A stretch of 248,000 bases of DNA from Hyalangium minutum (GTDB taxonomy: Bacteria; Myxococcota; Myxococcia; Myxococcales; Myxococcaceae). Positions 234,360-244,862 of the stretch are shown in pieces. The translations under genes were made by a program, and so were the position numbers. Position 1 is the stretch's first letter. The number at the start of each line of letters is the position of its first letter. The stretch is taken from NCBI RefSeq assembly GCF_000737315.1, contig NZ_JMCB01000002.1, positions 20,001-268,000 of the forward strand. The letters run 5' to 3'. The notes beneath the pieces were generated by a model. The model was not told where the DNA came from, searched no databases, and was given only the letters and a program-made list of their open reading frames with translations.

Positions 234360-235529
234360 TCAGTGGAACGGAAGGGCCGCGAGCCGCTCCCGGAACATCT
234401 CCAGCGCCTCGCGCAGCTCCACGTCCTCCAGCCCCTCGCCAGGGGCGCGGCGGTGCTTGCGCAGGAAGGCATCGAAGGCCGCCGAGCGGCCATAGAGCTG
234501 GCTCGCCCTCTCCAGGGCCTCCAGCAGCACCCGCTCGGCTCCCGGTGAGCCCAGGTAGAGGTGCATCACGGCCTGCTCCAGCTTCGCGCCGCAGGCCGCC
234601 CACACCGCCCGGTCGTGCACCGTGAGCACCTGGGTGGTGAGCTCCTCGGCCACCCGCTCCAGCACCGCCAAGACCGGCTGCACCGCGCGCAGCAGCACCT
234701 CGCCCTCCACCCGGGGCTCGCGCGCCAGCTGCTGCAGCTGCTCGCGCAGCTCGATCAGGGTCCGCTTGTCGCGGGTGCGCATCGTCAGCGAGGCCGGCAT
234801 CGCCGCGAAGGACGAGAGGCTCTCCTCCACCTGCCGCGCGAGCGCCGGGAGCCCCTCGGGCGCTGTGCGCGCCACCCGCTCGAGCTTGCTCTGCAGCGAG
234901 CGGCGCAGGTCCATCACCGCGCTTCGCAGCCCCACCGCCGCCGCCATCTGCAGCCCGAACCCAGGGACCACCTCTTCGCGGCTCACTGCCTCGAAGGCCG
235001 CCGCCGTCAGGTACACCAGGTCTCCGATTCGCGAGCGGAAGTCGAGGCGGAAGGACTGCAGCTCCGTCATCAGCGCCCAGCGGTCCGTCACCACCTCCGG
235101 GCGGCGAACCCGCTCGCCCAGATCCGCCACCCGCCGCGCCAGCCGCTCCGCGCTCTGCTGGCAGACGGCCTCCACCTCCCGCGCCAGCCGCTCGTCCGCG
235201 CTGGCCGGGGGCGGCCTCCAGCCCGTGTCGCCTCCCGCCGAGCGCTCGGGGGCCGGGAACTGCGTGCGGATGACCGTGATGAGGTGGTTCACGTCTCCCA
235301 GCGTCTCTCCCAGCGCAGGGGCCATGGTCTCCCATAGCGAGAGGTCTGCTCCGTCCGGCTCGGCCGTGGTGGGCTCGTACTTGACGATGCTCAGGTACCC
235401 CAGCCGATCAATGGCCACCGCCGCGGCCCGGTACACCTGCTCCAACTGCTCGGCGTGCTCCCGATCCGTCAGTGCTTCGAGCAGCGCTTCGAGGCGCGGC
235501 GGGAGGGCGTCTTGAGGCGGGCGGGACAT
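234360..235529 (-). CDS. helical hypothetical protein
   Basis: ORF. Confidence 0.55.
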   Translation of the reverse strand: MSRPPQDALPPRLEALLEALTDREHAEQLEQVYRAAAVAIDRLGYLSIVKYEPTTAEPDGADLSLWETMAPALGETLGDVNHLITVIRTQFPAPERSAGGDTGWRPPPASADERLAREVEAVCQQSAERLARRVADLGERVRRPEVVTDRWALMTELQSFRLDFRSRIGDLVYLTAAAFEAVSREEVVPGFGLQMAAAVGLRSAVMDLRRSLQSKLERVARTAPEGLPALARQVEESLSSFAAMPASLTMRTRDKRTLIELREQLQQLAREPRVEGEVLLRAVQPVLAVLERVAEELTTQVLTVHDRAVWAACGAKLEQAVMHLYLGSPGAERVLLEALERASQLYGRSAAFDAFLRKHRRAPGEGLEDVELREALEMFRERLAALPFH

Positions 235530-235662
235530 GGCCGTGAGCATAGGGATGGGAAAGCTCGGGTATCAGGAACGTCTAACCGGGACGCTACCGCAAGTCCGAG
235601 AAAACCCCTCGATCGAGGCCACGAGCAAGGCTAGACACGGGCGCCTGCCCTCTGGAGCCCCC

Positions 235663-237216
235663 ATGCGCCTGAGCCTTGCTTCCCTTTTGGCCATTCTCTG
235701 TGTCAGTTGCAGCACTACCCCTCCGCCGTCTCCCACGCCTCCTCCGCCTCCCACGCCTCCGCTGTCGCCCGAGGCCACCGCCGTCTTCGCCCGCGCCGAG
235801 GCGCCCGGTCCTGGCGCCGCGCTCGTGGTGAACCTGGACGCCTTCGAGGCGCTGGGGCTCGCGGGCAAGGGGCCCACGATGCAGCAGCTGGCCAGCGTGT
235901 CCACCGCCATCATGTCCCAGCTCTCGACGGCGGAGGGCTCGGAGGGCCAGTTCTTCGCCCGGGGCGCCGTGGTGAGCGCCCTGCTGCGAGACTGGGCGAA
236001 GTGGCCCGGCCTGCGCCGTATTGCCTTCCTCGTCCCCTCGGACCGCGTCCTGGCGGACGGGGCTGGGGTTCTCCCCCAGGTGGCCGTGGGTGCATTGGCT
236101 GTGGATGAGGGCTCTCCGGACAACGCCCAGCTGCTCTCCGCCGTCGTCGCGCTTGTGCGTGCCGCGGCCGTGGAGGTGACACGTGAGGGCGCTGACCCCC
236201 GCGTCGTTCTCCAGGGACAGGACGTGTGCGTGGTGGGGAAGGAGCTGGGCTTCCCGGTGTGCGTCCGTCCCCGGCGCGGGCTGATCCTGTTCGGCACGCC
236301 CACGGCCCTGGGGGCGCTCGAGGCGCTGCCGCCCGTCACCGCACCGGCTGCCGCTCCCGGTGAGGCACCGCTGCTGCTGGGCCTGCGCGTGGATTTGGGC
236401 GCCAAGGGCCGCGCGCGCCTGGCCTTCACCGGCCGCGATGCGGTGCGTCTCGCGCTCCACGTGGAGGGCACCACCGCGAAGGACATCGCCATGGCCGAGT
236501 CCTTGGTGAAGAAGGCGCTCACGGATTACGACGCGCACCAGGCCGAGGTGCGTCAGCGCATCGCCACCGGCCTGTCCGAGGTGCAGCGCTCCATTGCCCA
236601 GGATCCCGCCGCGCCGGCCACGCTGAAGCAGGCGGCCACGGGCCTCACCGCGGACCGGGTGGTGGACGAGAAGGGCTACTGGGCCCAGGCGCGCCAGTCC
236701 GTGCAGGTGTCCTCCACGCAGGACAGCCTCTCCCTGTCGCTCACCGTCCCCGCGGGTGCGGTGAAGGACATGTCCGAGCAGATGGCCTCCGGCGGCACCC
236801 CCGTGGCCCTGGTGGGCATCATGGCCGCCATCGCCATCCCCAACTTCATCAAGTTCCAGGCGCGCGCCAAGCAGTCCGAGGCGAAGATGAACCTCAAGGC
236901 GGCCTATGTCGCCCAGCGCGCCTACGTGATGGAGAAGGACCGGTTGGGCCGCACCTTCGAGGAGATCGGCTTCGCGCCGGAGCCGGGCCGCCGTTACACC
237001 TACTGCATGGGCAAGCAGTGCCTGCCCTGTGACAGGAAGGACTGCAAAGTGGCGCCGGAGCCCTCGCCGTGCCAGGGGCTCACCACGCTGGGCAAGAGCG
237101 CGAATGACAACTTCTCCATCTGCGCGTACGGCAACGTGGACTCGGACGCCGCCTGGGATGTGTGGGTCATCGACAAGAGCGGCGAGCCGGAGAACCTGAG
237201 CAACGACATGGAGTAA
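235663..237216 (+). CDS. lipoprotein with C-terminal type IV pilin domain
   Basis: CVSC lipobox; GIMAAIAIPNFIKFQARAKQSEAK. Confidence 0.8.
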   Translation: MRLSLASLLAILCVSCSTTPPPSPTPPPPPTPPLSPEATAVFARAEAPGPGAALVVNLDAFEALGLAGKGPTMQQLASVSTAIMSQLSTAEGSEGQFFARGAVVSALLRDWAKWPGLRRIAFLVPSDRVLADGAGVLPQVAVGALAVDEGSPDNAQLLSAVVALVRAAAVEVTREGADPRVVLQGQDVCVVGKELGFPVCVRPRRGLILFGTPTALGALEALPPVTAPAAAPGEAPLLLGLRVDLGAKGRARLAFTGRDAVRLALHVEGTTAKDIAMAESLVKKALTDYDAHQAEVRQRIATGLSEVQRSIAQDPAAPATLKQAATGLTADRVVDEKGYWAQARQSVQVSSTQDSLSLSLTVPAGAVKDMSEQMASGGTPVALVGIMAAIAIPNFIKFQARAKQSEAKMNLKAAYVAQRAYVMEKDRLGRTFEEIGFAPEPGRRYTYCMGKQCLPCDRKDCKVAPEPSPCQGLTTLGKSANDNFSICAYGNVDSDAAWDVWVIDKSGEPENLSNDME

Positions 237217-237277
237217 CAGACCAGGCAGGCAGGCACTTCCCCCCGGTCCGGCATAGAGTGGGGCCGGGGAGGAAGAC

Positions 237278-240200
237278 ATGAACGTCCGGTCCCGCCGCCG
237301 GCTCATTGCTGGCGGCATCTGTGCGGTGCTCGCGGGAGTCTCGCTCGCTGTTCTCAGCTCGCAGAGGTGTTTGTCCGCCTGGATCTTCCAGGGCGTGAAG
237401 GTGAGGCAGTGCCCGGATGGGCGCTTCCGGCAGACGGTGGGGCTGCAGGTGGATGGGCTGGCCCGTGAGCGCAGCGGCTCCGTGCGCGCCTGGGCCCTGG
237501 CCCATGGCGTGGGCAAGTCCTACAGCCAGGAGCTGCTGGCGCGCATGAAGCCCTCGAAGGCCGAGCTGGTGCTCCTGGATGCCGCGGGCCAGGAGACGCC
237601 GCTGAAGCCCGAGAAGGACTGGAAGCGGGAGGACAACGGAGACCTCTGGGCCGAGCTGAAGCTGCCCGCGCTCCCCGATGGCGACTACCGGCTGCGCGCT
237701 CGCATCACCACGCGCCTGGGCACGGACACCGTGGAGACCGCGCTTCCTTTATATGCACCCGCGCGAGTCCACGTTCTCACGGATCGCCCGCTCTACGAGC
237801 CCGGCCACCGCGTGCAGTTCCGCGCCGTGGCCCTGCGCGCCAAGGGACTGAGCCCCCTGGATGGGCGCCCGGGGACGTGGACGGTGGTGGACCCCAACGG
237901 AGACGTGGTGGTGGAGGAGCGGTCCCCCGCCGGTCCCTGGGGCGTGGTGTCTGGTGCCTTCCCGCTGGACCGCGGCGCGCCCACGGGCACGTGGACCGTG
238001 CGGTGGCTGAGCGGTGGCACCAGCGGAGAGGCTTCCTTCCGGGTGGAGCCCTTCACCCTGCCGCGCTTCCGGGTGGAGGCCTCCAGCCCTCAGGCCTTCT
238101 GGCGCGCGGGTGACGCGCCCGTGGTGGAGGGACAGGTGCTCTACAGCTCTGGAGCGCCCGTCGCGGGCGCGAAGGTGTCGCTGGAGTGGAATCACTTCGG
238201 AGGCTGGCCGCCTCCCACCGAGTGGTTCGATGGAGGCGGGCTGCCCGTCGCGGCGAAGGCGGATGCGGCCGGCCGCTTCCGGGTAACTCTGCCGCGCGTG
238301 CCTCAGGATCTGCGAGGCCAGGTCACGCTCTCCGCCAGCGTGGCGGCCACGGACCCTGCGGGCGATACCGTGCGCGGTGGCGTCTCCCTGCTGCTCTCCG
238401 AGGATGCGCTCGCCGTCTCCGCCGTGACCGAGCTGGAGTCCGGGTTGGTGGAGAACTACAGCAACCGCGTGTTCATCCGGGCCACCACTGCGGATGGGCA
238501 GGCGCTCCCAGGCGCCGAGCTCACCGTGAAGCGCGCGTGGGACCCCAAGGATCCGGGTGTGAAGACAGTGGCGGACGAGGATGGGGTCGCGTCCTTGCAG
238601 CTGGATCCGGGCGTCGCCGTCAACGTCGTTGTCCCCGCCATGCCCGTGCGCCGCAAGCCGCTGCCGAACCCGGTGGAGCTGATGGGCTCGAGTGACCTGC
238701 TCTCTCGCGACGAGGAGGCGGGCCTGGGGGATCAGGTGGCCCTGGAGAAGTGGCTGCCCGCCTTCTTCCCCTGCGCGCGCTTCATCGTCCCCGACTCGGC
238801 GGACACCGACCAGCAGCTGTCCGTCCGGGTGAGCTCCAGCGGAGCGGTGGTGGATGTGGTGGGCGAGCAGGGGCGGCTCTCGGCCTGTCTCGCGGATGCA
238901 GCCCGCACGCGGACGCTGCCTCCGGGGCGCGAGCGCATGCTGAACCTGACCCTGCAGCTCGTGGATCCCCAGCTGCCCACGCTCGGGGTCGAGATGAAGG
239001 CCGCGAACGACGGGCCCGTGGATTCGCGGCTCTATGCGGCGCTGGAAGAGGCGGCCCGTGATGCGCGCCCGTGTCTGCCCGCGAAGCTCTCCGAGGCGTC
239101 CGATGTGCCCGCCACCCTCCGGTGGCGGCTCCGGGCAGGCCAGAAGGATGTGGAGGTGGGGTGGGTGCCCGTCGAGAAGCAGGAAGGCGTCCCGATGCTC
239201 TCCTCCACGGTGCTCTCCTGCCTCCAGGCCCGGTTCTCGCGCCTGTCACTGCGCGATAGCTCGGATGAAGAGGTGGAGGCCTCGGACGAAGAGAGGGCAG
239301 GAGGGACCAAGGCGCAGCAGGACCAGATGGGCGTGGCGCTTCTCACGGCGGAGCCCGCGGAGGGCGATGGAGGCGAGGCTCGGGCGCAGGACACCACGCG
239401 CCTCGGCTTCGAGCTGATGGTGAGCGCCCAGGTGGAGGGCAAGGATGCCGGCTCTACGAAGCTCTTCCTGCCGCCCACGCGGCTGCCCACTCAGCGTCTG
239501 CGCGCCACACCTGCGCTGGCTCGCGCTGGCGAGGAGGTGCGTGTGGAGCTGCTCCGAGGTCCTGGCTTCAGTGGCTCACTGCCAGAGAAGCTCTGGTTGA
239601 GCGCGGGAGGAGAGCGGCTGGAGTCCCAGGTGGATTCGAAGTCCCGCGTGGCGACCTTCCGCCTGCCGGAGCAGTTCGAGGGCTGGGCCCAGGTGGACTG
239701 GGGAACAGCGGTGGCTCGCATCTACGTGGCGCCTCGCGCGCAGCTCTCCGTGGAGGTGGCTCCTGAGAAGCCCTCCTATGCTCCCGGTGAGGTGGCCCGC
239801 CTGCTGCTGCGCACCCGTGTGGATGGGAAGGACGGCCCCGCCGCCGTGGGCCTCTTCGGTGTGGATGAAGGGCTGGCGCAGCTGGCCTCGCTGCCGGGGC
239901 CGGGAGTGCTTGGGAGCCTGAGGCCCGCGCCCACGCTGGTCAGCTCCGCGTTCGGAGTGCTCGATGGACAGGCGCTCGCCATGGGCCGCATCCGAGGCGC
240001 CAACGCCGTGGCGGCCACCCTGCTGCGCGTCAGCTCGGCGCCCACCGTGGAGGAGTCGGACCCATCGCTGTCGCTCACCGCGCAGGCCGCCTTCGAGCCG
240101 GAGGCGGAGCTGACGGAGCCCTTCTACCGGGTGCTCGCTGAGCTGACCTCCCAGGTGCGTGTCTGGGAGGAGAAGGCTCCGGAAGGGGAGACGCTGAGCC

Positions 240201-240415
240201 CCGAGGGCATGGCGAAGCTGTGGGAGCAGGCGCTGGCGGCCTGCGAGAAGCGCGGAGAGCCGGTGACGGATGCCTACGGGCGCCGTCTGAAGCTGTCACG
240301 GCTGCCGCCCGAGCTGCTGGCCCTCACCGATCCCCGCATGGTGGTGGTGGGAGGGACGCGGCTGTCCGAAGACGTCGAGAACTGGGGCCAGTGGGTTGCC
240401 CGGGAGGCGCCATGA
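237278..240415 (+). CDS. alpha-2-macroglobulin-like N-terminal part (MG domains)
   Basis: LTDRPLYEPGHRVQFRAV. Confidence 0.75.
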   Translation: MNVRSRRRLIAGGICAVLAGVSLAVLSSQRCLSAWIFQGVKVRQCPDGRFRQTVGLQVDGLARERSGSVRAWALAHGVGKSYSQELLARMKPSKAELVLLDAAGQETPLKPEKDWKREDNGDLWAELKLPALPDGDYRLRARITTRLGTDTVETALPLYAPARVHVLTDRPLYEPGHRVQFRAVALRAKGLSPLDGRPGTWTVVDPNGDVVVEERSPAGPWGVVSGAFPLDRGAPTGTWTVRWLSGGTSGEASFRVEPFTLPRFRVEASSPQAFWRAGDAPVVEGQVLYSSGAPVAGAKVSLEWNHFGGWPPPTEWFDGGGLPVAAKADAAGRFRVTLPRVPQDLRGQVTLSASVAATDPAGDTVRGGVSLLLSEDALAVSAVTELESGLVENYSNRVFIRATTADGQALPGAELTVKRAWDPKDPGVKTVADEDGVASLQLDPGVAVNVVVPAMPVRRKPLPNPVELMGSSDLLSRDEEAGLGDQVALEKWLPAFFPCARFIVPDSADTDQQLSVRVSSSGAVVDVVGEQGRLSACLADAARTRTLPPGRERMLNLTLQLVDPQLPTLGVEMKAANDGPVDSRLYAALEEAARDARPCLPAKLSEASDVPATLRWRLRAGQKDVEVGWVPVEKQEGVPMLSSTVLSCLQARFSRLSLRDSSDEEVEASDEERAGGTKAQQDQMGVALLTAEPAEGDGGEARAQDTTRLGFELMVSAQVEGKDAGSTKLFLPPTRLPTQRLRATPALARAGEEVRVELLRGPGFSGSLPEKLWLSAGGERLESQVDSKSRVATFRLPEQFEGWAQVDWGTAVARIYVAPRAQLSVEVAPEKPSYAPGEVARLLLRTRVDGKDGPAAVGLFGVDEGLAQLASLPGPGVLGSLRPAPTLVSSAFGVLDGQALAMGRIRGANAVAATLLRVSSAPTVEESDPSLSLTAQAAFEPEAELTEPFYRVLAELTSQVRVWEEKAPEGETLSPEGMAKLWEQALAACEKRGEPVTDAYGRRLKLSRLPPELLALTDPRMVVVGGTRLSEDVENWGQWVAREAP

Positions 240416-242787
240416 AGCGCTCACTGTTGATGTTCATGGCTGGAGTTCTGTTCACCCTGTTCGCCCTGTTCACGCTGGTGTTGTTCGGGGACAGCATCCG
240501 CAGGCTCTTCGGCGCGTCCGCTTCCGCGTTGGCGGGCAACCAAGAGTCCTCCAGCTATTACTCCATGGCTCCGGCAGCTCCCTCGGCCCAGGCCGCGCCC
240601 GAGCCTGCTCCCGTCGAGGCGGAGATGGACGCGTTGGCGGGCGGCGGGGCCAGCAGCGAGCGCATGCGGGGCCTGTCGATGAAGCGCATGGAGACCATCC
240701 AGATCATCAAGGGCACCGGAGGCGCTGCGGCGAAGCCCAAGGTGGCCCTCGCCGAGGGTGGGGCGCAGGCCGAGGCCGCGGCCCCGAGCCGCGCCTGGTT
240801 CCCGGAGACGTTCCTCTTCGAGCCCCTCAAGGTGACGGACGAGTCCGGACAAGCGGTAGTGCCGGTAAAGGTGCCGGACCGGCTGACGCGGTGGCGGGTG
240901 CTGGCGCTGGCGCACTCGCGCTCGGGCGCGCAGGCCGGAGCGGTGACGAGCTTCTCGGGCACACTGCCCACGTATGTGGATCCGGTGGTGCCCGCCTTCC
241001 TGTTCACGGGGGATGCCGTGCGCCTGCCCGTGCAGGTGGTGAACACCACGGAGCAGGCGGTGGAGCAGCCGCTGAAGCTGGTGGCTGATGGCGCGGTGGT
241101 GGAGGGCGCCGCCACCCGCACCGTGCGGGTGCCCGCTCAGGGCAGCGTGGTGGAGTACGTGACGCTGAAGGCCACCCAGCCCGGCCCTGTCTCCTTGCAG
241201 GCCTCGCTGGGCACCACGGACGCCATCGTGCGCAGCTTCGATGTGAAGCCCACCGGCCGCCGGGTGGACCAGTCACGCGCGGGCTCGCTCGCGGCGCCGC
241301 GCACCCTGACGCTGGACGGTGTTGCCGACGCGCAGGCGGGCAGTGAGCGGGTGCGGCTGCAGGTGTTCCCGGGGGCTCTGGGCATGCTGCGCGCGGAGCT
241401 CTCCGCGGCGCCTGGGCGCTGGGGACTGGCGGAGGATGCGTATGCGCTGCTCTTGGCGGGCCGCGCGCCCGAGCTGCTGAAGTCGCTCGGGGAGACGGCG
241501 GATGCCGAGGCCCTCAAGGCCATGGCCTCCTTGTCCGGTCAGCGGGTGCTGCGAGCGGCCCGGGCACCGGATGTGCCCACTGCGGCCCTGCTGGCCCAGG
241601 CTGCACTGCAGCACCCGGACAACCCGGTGCTGTCCCGCCTGGGGGAGCGCCTGTCCGCGCAGGTGGCCAACGCCCAGCGTCCGGATGGCACGTGCCAGGG
241701 CGGGGACGGGTGGACGCTGCAGCGGTTACTCGTGGCCACCGCAGATTGTGCGCAGGCCGTGCGCGCGGGCGCCTCTCTCTCGGTGCCGGGCAAGCAGCGG
241801 GCTGCGGCCTTCTCCGCGCGCGCCATGGGGGCTTTCGAGCGCAACCTCTCGCGCGTGCAGGACGGCTACACCGCGGCGGCCATCCTGGCCAGCGGCGGGG
241901 TGACGGGCTCGCTCCAGGAGGCGTTGCGGGCCAAGGTGCGCGAGTCCTTGAAGAAGCGAGACGACGGCGCCGCATACCTGCCGGTGGAGCAGGGCGTGGT
242001 GCGCGCGGACGGAACGGTGCCGGGGGAGGCTGAAGCGACGGCGCTGGCAGTGCTCGCGCTCACGGGAGACAAGGCGGCGCCAATGGCGGACCTGGGCACC
242101 TCGCTGCTGGCCAGCTACCAGCCGGGGTGGGGCTGGGGGGATGGGCGCACCAACCTCCTGAGCCTCCAGGCCGCGATGGTGCTCTTCTCCGAGCCGCTGC
242201 CCTCACAGGTGCGCGTGGTGCTCGAGCGTGACGGGAAGACGGTGACCGAGGGCACCTTCGACGCCAAGGCCCTGCGGGACGTGCTCTCGATGGAGGCGGC
242301 GGCGATGGGCTCGGCAGGGACGCACACGTGGACGGTGCGCGCGGAGCCGGCGGTGCCTGGCCTGGGCTACTCGCTCACGTTGAGCGCGTACGTGCCGTGG
242401 AAGGCCGAGAAGGGCCAGGGACTGGAGCTGGCGGTGAAGGCGCCCGCCGAGGGCAAGGTGGGGATGCCGGCCGAGGTGACAGTGCAGGCGGCCTCTCCGG
242501 CGGGCATGGCACTCCAACTGCGCTACGCGTTGCCCGCGGGGGTCCAGGTGGACACTCCGAGCCTCGAGCGGCTCGTGGCCGAGCGGAAGGTGACGAAGTA
242601 CGAGGTGGAGGATGGGGCGCTCACGCTCACCCTGCCACCGCGCGGCGCGGGCGAGCCCTTCCAGGCCAGCTTCCGCGTGGTGCCGACGCTGGCGGGGACG
242701 CTTCAGGGAGGGGCCTCCAGCCTCTTCCCCGAGGGGCGGCAGGATCTCGTCTCGTACGTCCCGCCCGCTCAGTGGACGGTGCGCTGA
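240412..242787 (+). CDS. alpha-2-macroglobulin-like C-terminal part
   Basis: RAWFPETF, VPDRLTRW; no CxEQ thioester motif seen. Confidence 0.75.
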   Translation: MKRSLLMFMAGVLFTLFALFTLVLFGDSIRRLFGASASALAGNQESSSYYSMAPAAPSAQAAPEPAPVEAEMDALAGGGASSERMRGLSMKRMETIQIIKGTGGAAAKPKVALAEGGAQAEAAAPSRAWFPETFLFEPLKVTDESGQAVVPVKVPDRLTRWRVLALAHSRSGAQAGAVTSFSGTLPTYVDPVVPAFLFTGDAVRLPVQVVNTTEQAVEQPLKLVADGAVVEGAATRTVRVPAQGSVVEYVTLKATQPGPVSLQASLGTTDAIVRSFDVKPTGRRVDQSRAGSLAAPRTLTLDGVADAQAGSERVRLQVFPGALGMLRAELSAAPGRWGLAEDAYALLLAGRAPELLKSLGETADAEALKAMASLSGQRVLRAARAPDVPTAALLAQAALQHPDNPVLSRLGERLSAQVANAQRPDGTCQGGDGWTLQRLLVATADCAQAVRAGASLSVPGKQRAAAFSARAMGAFERNLSRVQDGYTAAAILASGGVTGSLQEALRAKVRESLKKRDDGAAYLPVEQGVVRADGTVPGEAEATALAVLALTGDKAAPMADLGTSLLASYQPGWGWGDGRTNLLSLQAAMVLFSEPLPSQVRVVLERDGKTVTEGTFDAKALRDVLSMEAAAMGSAGTHTWTVRAEPAVPGLGYSLTLSAYVPWKAEKGQGLELAVKAPAEGKVGMPAEVTVQAASPAGMALQLRYALPAGVQVDTPSLERLVAERKVTKYEVEDGALTLTLPPRGAGEPFQASFRVVPTLAGTLQGGASSLFPEGRQDLVSYVPPAQWTVR

Positions 242788-242850
242788 GCGCAACTTTCCC
242801 AGGGCAGCCGTGTTTCACCCGGAAGACCCATTTTTCATGGAGCATTCCGG

Positions 242851-243975
242851 ATGGACCGAGCGATGTGGAAGGCCGTGGTGTTCGCGGGAGTCGTGGGGCT
242901 GAGCCTGACGGCGGGGGCGCAGCCTGTGGATGAGCAGGTGAGCGCAGGCTTGGAGTTTCTCGATCCTGAGTTCCGAGGGCTGTCGGCGACGTACCAGGAC
243001 AACAACCGGTGGATATGGCAGGCGCCCGTGGATCCGGTGACGGGAGTCATCCTCTCGTCTCAGCGCCAGCTCATCGACGGCCAGGCCACGTCCCTGCTCG
243101 AGTCCTTCCAGGGGCCCGAGTGGGTCCGAGGCAGCGACCGCATCCTTTATACGAAGACGGTCGACTCCGTTCCCAACCTCTGGATCAAGCGCCCCGGCAT
243201 GTCCCCCGCGCAGATCACCGCGCCGCCTGCGGCTCGCTATCTGCTCACGGGCATCCTCACGTCCCGGGGCACCGTGAAGGTGGTGTACCGCCGCAAGGAG
243301 ACGCTGGCCGGCGGTGGGCTCTCCCAGGGCGTGTACTGGCTGGACACCGCCACGCCTTCGGTCGAGCACCTGCTGCCCGGCGCGGACTTGGGCGTGGCGC
243401 CCGTGAGCTGGATTCCGGGTACTGAGGACCTCGTGTACACCCAGCAGCACGACATGGATCCGGGGCCGAGGGAACAGTGGGTGTCCCAGCTTGTTCGCCT
243501 GTCGACCGCGACGGGGGCCATCACCGTGCTCACGAGTGATTTGGACGCGAAAGAGGACTCCTTCGCGTTCCAGGCGCCGGAGGCGCAGCAGGCGCTGCGC
243601 TATGCGACGGTGGTGAATGGCGGCACCCTGCGAATCTATGGAGAAAGCGCTGCGGCGTGGGTCGACCTGCAGCCCCCATCGCAGCTGGGGTTCATGTACT
243701 CGCCCGAGGTGTTCCAGGCCCGCGACAGCCAGGGCACGGTGCGGACCTATTTCGTGGTGGTGATGCGCGCCAGCACCAACCCAGGGGACGTGGGAGAGGT
243801 GTGGGTGCTTGGCCTGAACGGCAGCGCGCTCCGGGTGGATGGCGGCACCGCGAGCCAGCCGCGCCAGCCGGCGGATCCGGAGGTCATCGCGGGTAGCAGC
243901 GAGATCTTCGTGTACTACAACAACTCGGCGAACCTGGCGCTGTGGCGGAGCCGCACGGGCCTGGCCGTGCCCTGA
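242851..243975 (+). CDS. exported beta-propeller-like protein
   Basis: Signal peptide. Confidence 0.5.
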   Translation: MDRAMWKAVVFAGVVGLSLTAGAQPVDEQVSAGLEFLDPEFRGLSATYQDNNRWIWQAPVDPVTGVILSSQRQLIDGQATSLLESFQGPEWVRGSDRILYTKTVDSVPNLWIKRPGMSPAQITAPPAARYLLTGILTSRGTVKVVYRRKETLAGGGLSQGVYWLDTATPSVEHLLPGADLGVAPVSWIPGTEDLVYTQQHDMDPGPREQWVSQLVRLSTATGAITVLTSDLDAKEDSFAFQAPEAQQALRYATVVNGGTLRIYGESAAAWVDLQPPSQLGFMYSPEVFQARDSQGTVRTYFVVVMRASTNPGDVGEVWVLGLNGSALRVDGGTASQPRQPADPEVIAGSSEIFVYYNNSANLALWRSRTGLAVP

Positions 243976-243993
243976 GCGGCGCCTCGTCTCTTC

Positions 243994-244830
243994 TCAGCGC
244001 CCCATCAACCACTGGAGCAGCGCTTGAGGGGCATCCACGTGGACGAAGTGGCCGGCCTCCGGAAGCAGGGCCACGGGGCAGCCGGCCGCCTCCATGCGAG
244101 CCGCGTCCGCGTCCGTCACATACCGGGAGCGCCCTCCGCGAATGCAGCGCACCTTCGCGCCTGGGCGCTCCACCGCTGCCCACAGGTTCGTCCCGTTCAC
244201 CCGGCCGTGCAGCTCCGCCAGCGCCTGCCGGTCAAAGCGCCAGCGCACCCCTCCCTCCGGCGTGGAGACGAGGTTCATCACCAGCCAGTCCGCCAGCGGC
244301 TCCGAGAGGCCCTGGCCCGTCAACGCCGCGCGTATCTCCCGGCGGTTGGCGGCGGTCTCGGGCGCCTGGAGCAACACGTTCAGCACCATTCCGCTCTCCG
244401 AGAGGTCCACGGGCACGGGGCTCGGCGAGATGTCGAGCAGCGTCACGCTGGCCACATCCGAGGGTGAGGCGAGGCTGGCCGCGAGCGACACCCGGCCCCC
244501 CAGCGAGTGGCCCACGAGCTCCAGCGGTCCGGTGAGGCCCTTGGCGCGCGCCGTCTCCACCACGTCCCGCGCCATCGTCGTCAGGTCCGTCCCCGGGGGC
244601 ATGGGCAGCGAGCCGCCATGGCCCGTCAGGTCCGGCATCAGGAAGCGCCGGCTCGGATCGGCCGCGCTCCACGCGTTGGCCAGCGAGCGCAGGTTGCGCC
244701 CCGAGCCCAGGAAGCCATGCAGCAGGACGGTGGGCACTTCTCCCTCGCCCAGTTGGAGACTCTCGAGAACCACACGCACTCCCTTTCCAGGCCGTGCGCC
244801 TTGACCTGGGCGCGAGCCATCGCGCTTCAT
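243994..244830 (-). CDS. alpha/beta hydrolase (YbfF-like)
   Basis: LHGFLGS, GHSLGG. Confidence 0.88.
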   Translation of the reverse strand: MKRDGSRPGQGARPGKGVRVVLESLQLGEGEVPTVLLHGFLGSGRNLRSLANAWSAADPSRRFLMPDLTGHGGSLPMPPGTDLTTMARDVVETARAKGLTGPLELVGHSLGGRVSLAASLASPSDVASVTLLDISPSPVPVDLSESGMVLNVLLQAPETAANRREIRAALTGQGLSEPLADWLVMNLVSTPEGGVRWRFDRQALAELHGRVNGTNLWAAVERPGAKVRCIRGGRSRYVTDADAARMEAAGCPVALLPEAGHFVHVDAPQALLQWLMGR

Positions 244831-244862
244831 ACCGCGAACGACCTCGACCTCGGAGCCACTCC

